A stretch of 64,000 nucleotides of DNA from an uncultured Thermotogaceae bacterium. GTDB taxonomy: Bacteria; Thermotogota; Thermotogae; MWEM01. Shown here piece by piece: positions 9,711 through 20,354 of the stretch (the first letter of the stretch is position 1; every line of letters begins with the position of its first letter). Both the position numbers and the translations under genes were made by a program. The notes below the pieces were generated by a model that was given only the letters and a program-made list of their open reading frames with translations, searched no databases and was not told the origin of the DNA. Location of the stretch: contig CAYOFT010000001.1 of NCBI GenBank assembly GCA_964403295.1, positions 6,815 through 70,814 of the forward strand, written 5' to 3'.

Positions 9711-11186
9711 ATGACAGAACTTGGAGCAATTGAACCTCAAGCAGTTATTAGAAATTTCGAAAAAATTAGTGCGATTCCACGATGTTCAGGAAATGAAAAA
9801 GCTATCAGCGATTTTTTAGTCCAATTTGCAAAGGATCTTGGTTACGAAGCTTTCCAGGATAAAGTATGGAATGTGATCATTAAAAAAGCAGCATCTGAGG
9901 GGTATGAGGACCTTGATCCGGTGATTATTCAGGGACATATGGATATGGTATGTGAAAAAAACAAAGCCACAAAGCATGATTTTTCTACGGATCCCTTAAA
10001 ATTAGTTGTTGAGGGTAACATCTTACGGGCAAAAGGAACCACTCTTGGAGCAGATGACGGAATTGCAGTGGCTTACTGCATGGCTATATTGGAAGATAAG
10101 ACGCTTTCTCATCCACCTCTTGAGATCTTAATCACCACTCAGGAAGAAACAGGTTTGGTGGGAGCGATGAAACTGAAAGGTGAGAAACTCACCGGAAATA
10201 CACTCATCAATTTAGATGGAGAAGAGGAAGGGGTTTTCATAGTTAGTTGTGCAGGCGGAATCAGAACAAAATTAAGTTTGCCCCTTAAAAAGAAGAAAAA
10301 TAAAAAGAAAGATGAGATCACCATGGAATTATCTATCACCGGTTTAAGGGGAGGCCATTCCGGAGCTGATATTCATAAAGGGCGAGGAAATGCCAATAAA
10401 TTAATGGGACGTCTTTTATATAATTTAAAAAGAAAAGTGAAATTTAATCTCTATGCATTGGAAGGCGGAGCCAAGATGAATGCCATTCCAAGAGAGTGTA
10501 CTGCAATCATTGGATTTGAAGAAAGTATTCTTGAAAAGGTCAAAGAACAGATTGAAAAGATTGAGAAGACCATAAGGATTGAATTCACAAAAACCGATCC
10601 TGATTTTAAAATTCTATTTACACCAGTAAATCAACTTCCGGAAGAGAAAGCTCTACCTTTAAAAAAATCAGTTAAAAACAAGATTATTCATCTATTGTTA
10701 AACATCCCCAACGGTATTCATACCATGAGTCAGGATATTGAAGGATTGGTGGAAAGCAGCAATAATCTGGGTGTGATTACTTTTAAGAAAGATATCATTT
10801 GGTTTGAAAATTCAACGAGAAGCTCTGTAGAAAGTAAAAAGGTTGAACTAAACAGAAAATTGGAAGAATTAGCGGATTATACTGGTTGTGGCTTTCAAAA
10901 CGATTCGGATTATCCTGGATGGAAGTATCGGGAGCATTCAAAATTGAGAGAGCATATGAAACATGTTTATCATGAATTATACAACAAAGAACCAATTGTG
11001 GAAGCCATTCATGCAGGTTTGGAGTGTGGTCTTTTTCTCGATGTGATCAGTAATGATCTTGATATGATTGCCATTGGTCCAAATATGCACGATGTACACA
11101 CACCTGATGAACATCTGGAACTTGATTCAGCAGCAAGAGTATACAGTTTTTTGATTGAAACCCTTAAAAGAATGAAGGAGATGTAA
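9711..11186 (+). CDS. pepD: Aminoacyl-histidine (Xaa-His) dipeptidase PepD, M20 family
   Basis: GHMDMV and GADDGIAVA motifs, about 490 aa. GGGAGG RBS 8 nt upstream. Confidence 0.85.
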   Translation: MTELGAIEPQAVIRNFEKISAIPRCSGNEKAISDFLVQFAKDLGYEAFQDKVWNVIIKKAASEGYEDLDPVIIQGHMDMVCEKNKATKHDFSTDPLKLVVEGNILRAKGTTLGADDGIAVAYCMAILEDKTLSHPPLEILITTQEETGLVGAMKLKGEKLTGNTLINLDGEEEGVFIVSCAGGIRTKLSLPLKKKKNKKKDEITMELSITGLRGGHSGADIHKGRGNANKLMGRLLYNLKRKVKFNLYALEGGAKMNAIPRECTAIIGFEESILEKVKEQIEKIEKTIRIEFTKTDPDFKILFTPVNQLPEEKALPLKKSVKNKIIHLLLNIPNGIHTMSQDIEGLVESSNNLGVITFKKDIIWFENSTRSSVESKKVELNRKLEELADYTGCGFQNDSDYPGWKYREHSKLREHMKHVYHELYNKEPIVEAIHAGLECGLFLDVISNDLDMIAIGPNMHDVHTPDEHLELDSAARVYSFLIETLKRMKEM

Positions 11187-11189
11187 TCA

Positions 11190-12488
11190 TTGAAGGATAT
11201 TTATTTAAAAGAAGCTGGTGAATTGATCAGTTTTATTGACAAATCCCCCAGCCGTTTTCATGTGATTGAAGCTGCACGAATAATTTTAAATGGCGCGGGG
11301 TTTCAATCATTGGATATCAAAAAGAAATGGGAACTGAAACCCGGGGGCAGATACTACACAACAAAAAATGATTCGTCCATGGCAGTTTTTATTTTAGGAG
11401 AAAAACCTTCATCAGATGCCGGTTTTAAGATTATCGGTTCACATACCGATTCGCCGGCTATTAGAATTAAACCCGCTCCTGAAATGAAAGTGGGGGAAAG
11501 TTATTTGAAATTGAATACCGAAGTTTACGGGGGACCCATTTTATATTCTTGGTTTGATAAACCTCTTGGACTTGCGGGTAGAGTAGCCTTTCTGGATGAA
11601 CAAACCGGTAAGATTTCCTCCAGACCCGTTATTCTTGAAGGAGTTAAAACAATTATTCCAAGCATTGCGATTCACATGAATCGTGAGGTTAATACAGGAT
11701 TTAACGTGGACAAGCAGAAAGACCTTCTTCCCTTTCTCACTTCAATAGAAGAGATAACAAAAAACTTTGAACTGAGAAAAATGTTGTCTGATCAGTTGAA
11801 AATAGAAAAAGAACAAATATTGGATTTTGAGTTGTATTTATTTGATAGTGCTCAGGGGCAGATCATTGGTTTGGATAATGATATGATTTCCTGTTCTCAA
11901 ATGGATGATTTGGCCATGGTCTATGGGTCTCTTAAAGCTTTAATTGAATCACCGGCTGGTGCATCAACAAAACTAGCCATGTTTTTCGATAATGAGGAAA
12001 TAGGCAGTAAAACGATGCAGGGAGCAGATTCTCCGTTGTTAAGTTCAATATTGGAAAGGATTACAATGGGAATGGGTGAAGATCGGGAATCATATTTACG
12101 AGCATTGGAAAATTCTTTTGTCATTTCTTCTGATATGGCACACGCCTTACATCCGAACGCTCAGGAAAAACATGATCCAACCAATAAACCTCTGATCAAT
12201 GGGGGTCCTGTTATAAAAATCAGTACGAATTTTAGGTATACAAGTGATAGTGAATCGGCTGCTTATTTTGAAACTTTGTGCAAACGGGCAAATGTTCCCG
12301 TCCAGCGTTTTGTTAATCATTCCAATGAAAGGGGAGGCAGCACAATTGCACCCATAACTGCAGGAAGATTGGGGATTCCATCAGTAGATATTGGTAATCC
12401 TATGCTTTCCATGCATTCGATAAAGGAATTATGTGGCGTCATGGATCATCATTATTTGATTCAGGTTTTTAAAGAATTTTATAAGTAA
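11190..12488 (+). CDS. M18-family aminopeptidase (aspartyl aminopeptidase-like)
   Basis: GSHTDSP motif. TTG start with AAGGAG RBS. Confidence 0.8.
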   Translation: MKDIYLKEAGELISFIDKSPSRFHVIEAARIILNGAGFQSLDIKKKWELKPGGRYYTTKNDSSMAVFILGEKPSSDAGFKIIGSHTDSPAIRIKPAPEMKVGESYLKLNTEVYGGPILYSWFDKPLGLAGRVAFLDEQTGKISSRPVILEGVKTIIPSIAIHMNREVNTGFNVDKQKDLLPFLTSIEEITKNFELRKMLSDQLKIEKEQILDFELYLFDSAQGQIIGLDNDMISCSQMDDLAMVYGSLKALIESPAGASTKLAMFFDNEEIGSKTMQGADSPLLSSILERITMGMGEDRESYLRALENSFVISSDMAHALHPNAQEKHDPTNKPLINGGPVIKISTNFRYTSDSESAAYFETLCKRANVPVQRFVNHSNERGGSTIAPITAGRLGIPSVDIGNPMLSMHSIKELCGVMDHHYLIQVFKEFYK

Positions 12489-12504
12489 GAAAAATTGCCT
12501 GTTA

Positions 12505-12553
12505 AAAAACACATGAACCCATCTGCCGTTAAAAGCAGATGGGTTCTGTTATT
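12505..12553. terminator. Bidirectional intrinsic terminator between convergent M18 and yegP-like genes
   Basis: 12-bp perfect stem gaacccatctgc / gcagatgggttc with loop cgttaaaa. A-run upstream, U-rich downstream. Confidence 0.65.
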
Positions 12554-12579
12554 AATGTTTAGCGTTGTCGTCTTTAGTT

Positions 12580-12954
12580 TTATTCTTCTACAACAGGTGC
12601 TTCCGGTGCATTTTTGATAACACTGTTGATTCCGTTTTTACAAGATGCTTTTGATTTATAACCTTCTGAGGCAAGAATATTTTCTCCATTTCTGGCGTTT
12701 AATCTAAATCTAAATTCCCCACCTTTGTCTTCATACATTTCAAATTTTGGATTGGTTAATTTCTCAAAACCTTCAACAGTTTGATCTTCGGTTTTTTCAT
12801 TTGCTGCAACAGCGTTCTTTTTAACACTTTCAATTCCATTTTTACATGCGGTAATCGATGAATAAACTTCACTTGTACCAATAACTTCTCCATTTCCAGC
12901 TTTAAGATCAAATTTTACGCCTGTTTTTGTTTCACGGATGACAAATTTTCCCAT
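12580..12954 (-). CDS. YegP/DUF1508 tandem-repeat protein (UPF0339)
   Basis: Two internal repeats (ITACKNGIESVKKNA / KASCKNGINSVIKNA). 124 aa. Confidence 0.7.
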   Translation of the reverse strand: MGKFVIRETKTGVKFDLKAGNGEVIGTSEVYSSITACKNGIESVKKNAVAANEKTEDQTVEGFEKLTNPKFEMYEDKGGEFRFRLNARNGENILASEGYKSKASCKNGINSVIKNAPEAPVVEE

Positions 12955-13116
12955 AATAACCTCCTAATATTTTAGTTACTTACAACAAGTGAAAAACCAA
13001 AAAATGTCAATTCTGAATTTCTGAAAATCCTATACGAAATGCATTGAAGAAGATGATAACAATCAACACAAATACTAAATAATGCTATGGTACATGAATG
13101 GCTAATAAATGAAAGT

Positions 13117-13145
13117 TTGACTTTATATTTATTATATCATACAAT
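13117..13145 (+). promoter_or_regulatory. Putative sigma-70 promoter of fliQ operon (TTGACT-17-TACAAT)
   Basis: A second candidate, TGATATAAT extended -10, lies at 13168-13176. Confidence 0.4.
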
Positions 13146-13208
13146 TGAAATAAGCGAATTGAAATCATGATATAATGAATCATTGAGAATGACAGAAGGG
13201 GGGAGCCT

Positions 13209-13475
13209 ATGACAGTAGAATCAATATTAGATGTTGTGAGAGAAGGTATATACACTTTACTGATAACAGCAGCACCTGCTTTGATTCTGGCTCTGGGAGT
13301 TGGATTACTGATAGGAATATTCCAGGCAGTGACATCCATCAATGAACAGACGCTTACAATGGTACCCAAGATATTGGTTGTCTTTCTTACGCTAGTTTTC
13401 TTTGGTGGGTGGATGCTGGAGAATTTAATTGATTATTTCACTCAGATATTCAATTATTATTTTGCTTTAATTTAA
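13209..13475 (+). CDS. fliQ: Flagellar export apparatus protein FliQ
   Basis: 88 aa with 2 TM. Typical FliQ sequence. Confidence 0.9.
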   Translation: MTVESILDVVREGIYTLLITAAPALILALGVGLLIGIFQAVTSINEQTLTMVPKILVVFLTLVFFGGWMLENLIDYFTQIFNYYFALI

Positions 13476-13481
13476 TTCAGT

Positions 13482-14261
13482 ATGGATATCACCTTACAGA
13501 ACTGGTTTTTTTTCAGATTTATGACATGGATAGCGATTCTTTCAAGATTTTCAGGTCTATTTGTTGTGGCGCCTTTCTTTTCAGGTAATTTGTTCCCTCT
13601 CAGAGTCAAGATACCCTTGACTATAACCCTTTCTTTTATTGTTCTTTATTTTGTTCCTGATTTTATACCAATGGATTTACCTGTTGGGGATACCTTGGCG
13701 ATAATTCTGATCAATTTTTTATATGGATTATCTGCTGGTTTGATTGCAAATCTGATGTTTTTCGGTTTGTTATTTGCCGGAGATATTTTTGGTTATCAGC
13801 TTGGTTTCGCTGCAGCCAATATTTTTGATCCGCAGAGTCAAACTCAAAGTGTCATCGTGGGGCAATTGGTCTTTTTAACGGGAACCTATATTTTCACCAT
13901 CATTAAAGGACCTGTGATTTTGCTGGGGATACTGATTGAAAGTTTTAATCAGGTTCCTGCAGGTATTATGGCTTTTGATAAAGATATTACGTGGAATCTT
14001 TCGCTGGTTTTGGGTGAGGTTTTTGTGTTTGGTATGAAAGTTGGAATGCCAATGATTGTTTTTATGCTCTTAGTCACAGTTGTATTGGGAATCATGGCAA
14101 AATTACTGCCACAACTGAATGTATTTATTGTGGGTATTCCTTTGAAAATATTGGTGGGTTTGATTATTCTCATCGGGCTTTTACCGATTCTTGCGGAGAC
14201 TATGGTAAGATATACAAGAGAACTGGGGGATTGGATATCAAATACGATGAATTTCTTTTAA
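13482..14261 (+). CDS. fliR: Flagellar export apparatus protein FliR
   Basis: 259-aa polytopic protein. Confidence 0.85.
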   Translation: MDITLQNWFFFRFMTWIAILSRFSGLFVVAPFFSGNLFPLRVKIPLTITLSFIVLYFVPDFIPMDLPVGDTLAIILINFLYGLSAGLIANLMFFGLLFAGDIFGYQLGFAAANIFDPQSQTQSVIVGQLVFLTGTYIFTIIKGPVILLGILIESFNQVPAGIMAFDKDITWNLSLVLGEVFVFGMKVGMPMIVFMLLVTVVLGIMAKLLPQLNVFIVGIPLKILVGLIILIGLLPILAETMVRYTRELGDWISNTMNFF

Positions 14262-15364
14262 ATGGAAAGCCGATTAATCTAAAAATTGATATTCAGTTTT
14301 TTGCCAAAGACCCTGATAAAACTGAGAAAGCCACGCCAAGAAGAAGACAGAAGGCAAAAGAGGAAGGCCAGGTTGCATATTCCAAAGACCTTGCTATGGC
14401 CATAGTATTTCTTGGGGTAATTGTTATGTTGCGTCTAATCATCCCGATGGTTTATAAAGGTATGGAACAAATGCTGGTGTTTTTCTGTGCTTTACCTAAC
14501 TTGGGGGATTACAGGGAATATACCGCACTGGGGGAGTATATCTCCGTAACAGGACAGGATTTGTTATGGGGTTTAGTTATCATATTGCTTTCTGGAGTTG
14601 CTATAGCAGTTGTAACAGGATTTGCTCAAACAAAGGGTTTGCTTGTTTTTAAAAAGGCATTCAAATTTGATTTGAACAAGATCAATCCCATAGAGGGATT
14701 TAAACGGTTGTTTTCCCTAAGATCTGTGATAGAACTTCTGAAAAATCTTGCGAAGCTTGCTTTATTAGGTTTTATAGGTTATTCATTTATCAATGGTATC
14801 TGGTCTATTCTGTTTTTGTTGCCGGATTATTCCATCGAACAGTCTCTAATATTTTTAGCGGATTCACTGTATCAAATGGCGTTGAGAATAGCACTGGCTT
14901 TAATCGTTTTGGGATTTGTTGATTTTTTTTACCAACGATGGGAATTTGAACGGGATATCAAAATGTCAAAGAAGGAAATCAAAGATGAAAGAAAAGATAT
15001 AGAAGGGAATCCTGAGATCAAAAGAAAACAACGGCAGATGATGGCTGAAATGTCACAGCGGAGAATGATGGAAGAAGTGCCATCAGCAACAGTTGTTGTA
15101 ACGAACCCTACGCATTTATCCATTGCTATAAAATTTGAATTGGAGAAGATGAGCGCCCCGGTAGTAGTAGCTAAAGGGGCAGATAATATTGCATTCAGAA
15201 TAAGGGAGATTGCCAAAGAATATAATGTGCCAGTGTATGAAGACAAATTATTGGCACGCGAATTATATGAAAGAGTCGAAATAGGTGAGGAGATACCAAA
15301 CGATATGTACAGAGCTGTTGCAGAAGTATTGGCTTTTATTTTTAAAAATTCGGGAAGGGTGTAA
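14231..15364 (+). CDS. flhB: Flagellar export switch protein FlhB
   Basis: KATPRRRQKAKEEGQV N-terminal motif. Confidence 0.9.
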   Translation: MDIKYDEFLLNGKPINLKIDIQFFAKDPDKTEKATPRRRQKAKEEGQVAYSKDLAMAIVFLGVIVMLRLIIPMVYKGMEQMLVFFCALPNLGDYREYTALGEYISVTGQDLLWGLVIILLSGVAIAVVTGFAQTKGLLVFKKAFKFDLNKINPIEGFKRLFSLRSVIELLKNLAKLALLGFIGYSFINGIWSILFLLPDYSIEQSLIFLADSLYQMALRIALALIVLGFVDFFYQRWEFERDIKMSKKEIKDERKDIEGNPEIKRKQRQMMAEMSQRRMMEEVPSATVVVTNPTHLSIAIKFELEKMSAPVVVAKGADNIAFRIREIAKEYNVPVYEDKLLARELYERVEIGEEIPNDMYRAVAEVLAFIFKNSGRV

Positions 15365-15367
15365 AGT

Positions 15368-17485
15368 GTGAAAAACAGAGATGTCATTGTTTCTTTAATG
15401 GTTGTCGGTATTATCTTCTTAATGATTTTACCGGTACCCACCTTTTTGCTGGACTCCTTCCAAATGATCAATATTTCTTTTTCTCTTGTCATCATTTTGT
15501 CTACCATGTATGTTAGATCAGCTCTGGAGTTATCTTCATTTCCAAGCATCCTGTTAGTGGTGACGTTGTTACGTCTGTCTTTGAATATTACATCAACAAG
15601 ACTCATTCTATTAAATGGGAACAATTTTGATGGAAAAGTCATTAAAACTTTTGGAAACTTTGTAGTCAGCGGGAATTACGTAGTTGGTTTGATCATCTTT
15701 TTAATACTTGTGATAATCCAATTTATTGTTATTACAAAAGGTGCCGAGAGAATTTCTGAAGTTGCCGCGCGTTTTACGCTTGATGCCATGCCTGGTAAGC
15801 AAATGAGTGTAGATGCTGATTACAACGCTGGATTAATAACAGAAGACGAAGCCCGTAAGAAAAGGGAAGACATTAGAAGAGAAGCTGATTTTTACGGGGC
15901 TATGGATGGTGCCAGTAAGTTTGTCAGAGGTGATGCTATTGCCGGTATTATCATTGTGTTTATCAATATTATCGGCGGGTTAATCATAGGGGTTGTCCAA
16001 CTGGGTCTGGAGGTTGGAGAAGCAGCCCAAGTATTTACTCTGTTGACTGTTGGAGATGGTTTGGCTTCTCAGATTCCGGCATTACTTATTTCCACATCAA
16101 GTGGTATTCTCGTTTCAAGATCTGCTTCAGAATCAAATTTGGGTAATGATATGCTTCGGGAATTAGCCAGTGAAACGAAAGTATTATACTTAACAGGTGG
16201 CGTTTTAACCTTTTTGACTTTGTTTACACCCTTGCCAACTTTCCTTGGTTTGATCATTGGGGGGGGGCTTATACTTATAGCTTATTTTTCCTCACAAAAG
16301 GAGAAGGAAACAGCTGTTGCAGCAGCAGCAGGCGGAGGAGGAACGGGGGGCTTTGCAGGTTTGGAAGGCCCTAAACCAAAAGGTCCCTCAGCAGGTGGAG
16401 AAGCAGAAAGAGCAGAAGCACCCAGTGCACCATCATTAACATCTGCAGAGGAGGTTTCCGAGATTATTCAATCCGATACACTGGATGTTGAATTTGGATA
16501 TGGGATCCTGCCTTTGGCAGATCCCGGACAAGGCGGAGATTTGTTAGATAGAATTACCATGGTTAGAAAGCAAACCGCTTATGAGTATGGACTCATTTTG
16601 AGTCCCATTAGAGTCAGAGATAGCGTTTTGTTAAAAGCAAACGAATATATGATAAAATTAAAAGGGACGGAATTAACTAAATATGAGCTGTGGCCGGACA
16701 GGTTGTTAGCTATTAATCCCGGAACAGCACAAGGAGTTCTTCCTGGTATAGCCAGTAAAGAGCCCGCTTTTGGATTGGATGCTTATTGGATTGACGAGAG
16801 TCAAAGAGATCAGGCAACCGGTCAAGGTTATACGGTGGTAGATCCTCCAAGTGTTTTTGCAACACATTTTTCCGAAATTGTTAAACAACATGCCTATGAG
16901 TTACTTGGCAGAAAAGAAATGGATCTGTTGATTAAGGGATTAAAAGAAAACTTTTCTGAACTAGTGGATGAAGTAATACCGGATGTATTGAAGATTTATG
17001 AAGTACAAAGAATTCTTCAGAATCTCTTAAGAGAAAGGGTTTCCATTAGAAATCTTCCGCTTATTTTTGAAACTATCTCAGAATATGCGGAGAAAACAAA
17101 AGACATAGATTATTTAACAGAGTTTGTCAGAAGATCCTTAAAAAGGCAAATCTGTATAGCTAACAGATCAGATGACGGGCAAATTCATGCAGTGGGAATC
17201 GATCCCAACTTGGAGAGACAATTATCCTCTCAAATCAGAGAAACGGAAGACGAAAGATATCTTGCTCTTAACCCTGATTTAATGCAGGAGCTTGTAGACA
17301 GATTTTCAAAAGGTGTGGAGAGGATTATGCAAAAAGGATACATGCCGGTTATCGTATGTTCTGGGAATATTCGGATTTATTTATACAAAGCTTTAGAGAA
17401 ATCACTCCAAAGTATCGCATTTATCTCTTATGAGGAATTGGTTGATGATATTCCCTTCAGCGTAGAAACGGTGATAAAAATATGA
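15368..17485 (+). CDS. flhA: Flagellar export gate protein FlhA
   Basis: 705 aa, FHIPEP domain. Long Gly/Ala/Pro-rich linker. Confidence 0.95.
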   Translation: MKNRDVIVSLMVVGIIFLMILPVPTFLLDSFQMINISFSLVIILSTMYVRSALELSSFPSILLVVTLLRLSLNITSTRLILLNGNNFDGKVIKTFGNFVVSGNYVVGLIIFLILVIIQFIVITKGAERISEVAARFTLDAMPGKQMSVDADYNAGLITEDEARKKREDIRREADFYGAMDGASKFVRGDAIAGIIIVFINIIGGLIIGVVQLGLEVGEAAQVFTLLTVGDGLASQIPALLISTSSGILVSRSASESNLGNDMLRELASETKVLYLTGGVLTFLTLFTPLPTFLGLIIGGGLILIAYFSSQKEKETAVAAAAGGGGTGGFAGLEGPKPKGPSAGGEAERAEAPSAPSLTSAEEVSEIIQSDTLDVEFGYGILPLADPGQGGDLLDRITMVRKQTAYEYGLILSPIRVRDSVLLKANEYMIKLKGTELTKYELWPDRLLAINPGTAQGVLPGIASKEPAFGLDAYWIDESQRDQATGQGYTVVDPPSVFATHFSEIVKQHAYELLGRKEMDLLIKGLKENFSELVDEVIPDVLKIYEVQRILQNLLRERVSIRNLPLIFETISEYAEKTKDIDYLTEFVRRSLKRQICIANRSDDGQIHAVGIDPNLERQLSSQIRETEDERYLALNPDLMQELVDRFSKGVERIMQKGYMPVIVCSGNIRIYLYKALEKSLQSIAFISYEELVDDIPFSVETVIKI

Positions 17486-18861
17486 AAATAAAAAAATATG
17501 TGGTAGATGATGTTAAAACAGCTTTAAAGCGTATAAAAAATGAACTTGGTGAAGATGCCGTCATACTTCAAACCCGAAAATTCAAAAAAGGCGGTTTTTT
17601 GGGGATTGGAAGAAGTGTCAAGTATGAAGTTACTGCTGTAGCTGATGATAAAGAAAGGAACAGAGACACAAAAACACAGGAATCAAAAAATGAATACGAT
17701 GGATGGGTGGATAGCAAAAAGTTGTATGAGTTAAAAAAGATACTTTCTCAAAACAGTATGATAAAAAACGAAAAATCCCAACAATCTTCCAATCCTGTCA
17801 ATAAGCGAAATGAATATAATCCATCCATTCCTGAAATCGATTATCAATACCCTACTAGAAGGGTGAATAATCAAAATTATCATCCTGAAAGAAGTTGGGC
17901 GACTTCTGCTGATCAAGTTAAGTCGCATAATGAAGGCACCAGCGTTTCTTTAACCGAATACAAATCCCTTAATGAGATGAAAAAAGAGATGTTATCCATG
18001 AAACGAATAATGCAGGATCTTTCATTGAAAATGGATAAAGAATCTTATTTACCGGGGATTCCTGAAGAATACAAGAAGATTTACAAAGCATTAAAAAGAC
18101 ACGAATTAAACGATGATATTTCCAGAAAGATTGTTGAGTCCTTAAGAATCGTCACACAGGATAAGACTATCAGTACTTTGGAATTCGAAAAGAAGTTTGT
18201 GGATATTCTTCATCCCATTATTAAAACGGAGAATCCTTTAAAAGAATATGATAAGGGAGATATCATTTTTTTCGTGGGGCCAACGGGAGTGGGCAAGACG
18301 ACCACATTAACCAAAATAGCGGCCATGCTTTCATTGGAAATGAGAAAAAAAGTTGGAATATTAACGATTGACACCTACAGAATAGCAGCTGTAGATCAAC
18401 TTAAGACTAGTGCTGATATTATGGGTATTGAAGTAGGGGTTGCATATAATCCCGGTGAGTTGAGAACGATGCTGGAAAAATTTGTGAACTATGATCTGGT
18501 TCTCGTGGATACAGCAGGCAGAAGTCAAAAAAACGAGATGCAGATGTCTGAACTGACCAGGTATTTACAGATTGTGAATCCTAAATACATCTTTTTAACC
18601 GAGAGTATGAACGTAAGAAAAGAAGATTTGTTTGATATTATTGAACAGTTTTCTGTTGTTTCACCCACTCATATCATATTGACAAAATCAGACGAAACAA
18701 GTTGTTACGGTTCAATTGTTGAAATAACAAACAACTATGACATACCTGTGGCATTTGTGACAAATGGGCAGAGAATTCCGGAGGATATTATGGTAGCAGA
18801 TTCAAAGAGACTTGCATCAATCATCGTCAAAGAGGTGTTGAAAAATGCCAGATCAAACTGA
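17482..18861 (+). CDS. flhF: Flagellar SRP-type GTPase FlhF
   Basis: GPTGVGKTTT P-loop, DTAGR motif. Confidence 0.9.
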   Translation: MKIKKYVVDDVKTALKRIKNELGEDAVILQTRKFKKGGFLGIGRSVKYEVTAVADDKERNRDTKTQESKNEYDGWVDSKKLYELKKILSQNSMIKNEKSQQSSNPVNKRNEYNPSIPEIDYQYPTRRVNNQNYHPERSWATSADQVKSHNEGTSVSLTEYKSLNEMKKEMLSMKRIMQDLSLKMDKESYLPGIPEEYKKIYKALKRHELNDDISRKIVESLRIVTQDKTISTLEFEKKFVDILHPIIKTENPLKEYDKGDIIFFVGPTGVGKTTTLTKIAAMLSLEMRKKVGILTIDTYRIAAVDQLKTSADIMGIEVGVAYNPGELRTMLEKFVNYDLVLVDTAGRSQKNEMQMSELTRYLQIVNPKYIFLTESMNVRKEDLFDIIEQFSVVSPTHIILTKSDETSCYGSIVEITNNYDIPVAFVTNGQRIPEDIMVADSKRLASIIVKEVLKNARSN

Positions 18862-19693
18862 GACGCTTAAACAGGTTGTTGCAAGCCAGAGTCTTGAAAT
18901 CATTTTAGTAGCAAGTGGTAAGGGTGGCGTTGGAAAAAGTGTCATTGCTACTAATTTGGCGGTTTCGCTTGCTAGGAATCAAAAAAATGTACTGTTGTTT
19001 GACGCTGATGCCGGTTTCGCTAATGCTGATATTCTTCTAGGTGTTACAACGAAGAATACGTTGCGAGATTATTTGATCAGTGATATGGAATTAAAGGATG
19101 TCATATATCCCACACGTTATGGTGTCTGGCTTTTAAGCAGCGGGACAGATGTACAGGATTTAATCGCATTTCGAAAAGAACCCAAGAGCAGATTCATTGA
19201 TGATTTCATGCATATGGCTTTGGATATGAATTATGCTATTGTAGATACCGGGGCAGGTTATACGGAAGAACTGATATCCTTTTATTCGGCAGCTGATAAA
19301 TTGTTTTTGGTCACTACTCCTGAGCCCACAGCATTGATGAATGTTTATACTTTAGCAAAGGTATTATCCAATAACGGTATTTTTCCTGAGCTTTATCTGA
19401 TTATGAATCAGTCCCGAAATACTTCAAAGGATATAAAGATTTTAGACAGGTTTTCTTATGTTATTGAAAAATTCGCCGGTTGGAAAGTCCAAGAAAGATT
19501 TATTTTAAGAAGTGATAAAACAGTCAGTAACAGTGTTATCAAACAGATTCCTCTTATTGAGCTTTATAAACATTCTCAACCAGCTCAAACTATTGCCAGA
19601 CTTACCGATCAGGTATTAAAAGACGAAATGGAAGAGAAAAATGATAATGGTGGTTTCCTGACAAAGATAAAGAAACTGTTTGGAATCAAGTAG
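18845..19693 (+). CDS. flhG: MinD-like ATPase FlhG (YlxH/FleN)
   Basis: Deviant Walker A SGKGGVGKS. Confidence 0.85.
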   Translation: MPDQTETLKQVVASQSLEIILVASGKGGVGKSVIATNLAVSLARNQKNVLLFDADAGFANADILLGVTTKNTLRDYLISDMELKDVIYPTRYGVWLLSSGTDVQDLIAFRKEPKSRFIDDFMHMALDMNYAIVDTGAGYTEELISFYSAADKLFLVTTPEPTALMNVYTLAKVLSNNGIFPELYLIMNQSRNTSKDIKILDRFSYVIEKFAGWKVQERFILRSDKTVSNSVIKQIPLIELYKHSQPAQTIARLTDQVLKDEMEEKNDNGGFLTKIKKLFGIK

Positions 19694-20330
19694 GCGGTTT
19701 ATTGTGACTGAAAAGGATCAGAAATTATCCTATTTAATTTCCCTGGGACATTGGGAGGTTGCCTTGTTAACAGAATCGAGTAATGTATCTGCAGTTTATA
19801 TTGGCAAATATAAACGCAATTTGCTCTTTGAAACCAGCAAGCTTTTCGATAAAGAAGAAATATCGGGAAAAGTTTTGGATTTTAAGATCTTTATGCCTTC
19901 ATTCTTTATAACAGGCTCCGGGAAATGCGTCAAGATAGCAGAAATTGAAGGAAGTCGGGATGAAATCATTGTTAGATTTCTTTTGGATCCAGAAAAGCTG
20001 AGAATCAAACAGCAAAGACATTATAAACGTTTACCGTTACTGGAAAAAGCTACGCTTGAACTGGAGAGTCAAAAAATTAACGTCATTATTAAGGATATTT
20101 CTTTACAGGGAATTGGCTTGTTTACAACTGAAAGAATCAGGGGAGAATCAGGGGTATTAAGTTTGAAGAAAACTAATTTGGATTTAAAGGTACAAAAAGT
20201 ACATGAGTTTACTGATTTTAATCTTTTTCAATACGGAATGAAGCTTTTGCCTGAACAGGATACAGAGCAACTTAAAAGCTATTTATTGGGTATACAGAAA
20301 AAAATTAGCTCAATGGATTTTATTCTATAG
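19680..20330 (+). CDS. PilZ-domain c-di-GMP-binding protein
   Basis: RHYKR (RxxxR) and DISLQG (DxSxxG) motifs. Start uncertain. Confidence 0.65.
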   Translation: MESSRRFIVTEKDQKLSYLISLGHWEVALLTESSNVSAVYIGKYKRNLLFETSKLFDKEEISGKVLDFKIFMPSFFITGSGKCVKIAEIEGSRDEIIVRFLLDPEKLRIKQQRHYKRLPLLEKATLELESQKINVIIKDISLQGIGLFTTERIRGESGVLSLKKTNLDLKVQKVHEFTDFNLFQYGMKLLPEQDTEQLKSYLLGIQKKISSMDFIL

Positions 20331-20354
20331 AAACCGGCTTAAAGGATTGATGTG

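Noticed and set aside
13085-13369. 94-aa minus-strand ORF overlapping the fliQ start and promoter
   Set aside because: It overlaps a well-supported fliQ and its promoter region. No RBS.
14929-15642. 237-aa minus-strand ORF
   Set aside because: It lies antisense within flhB/flhA, which are strongly supported. No RBS and no homology signal.
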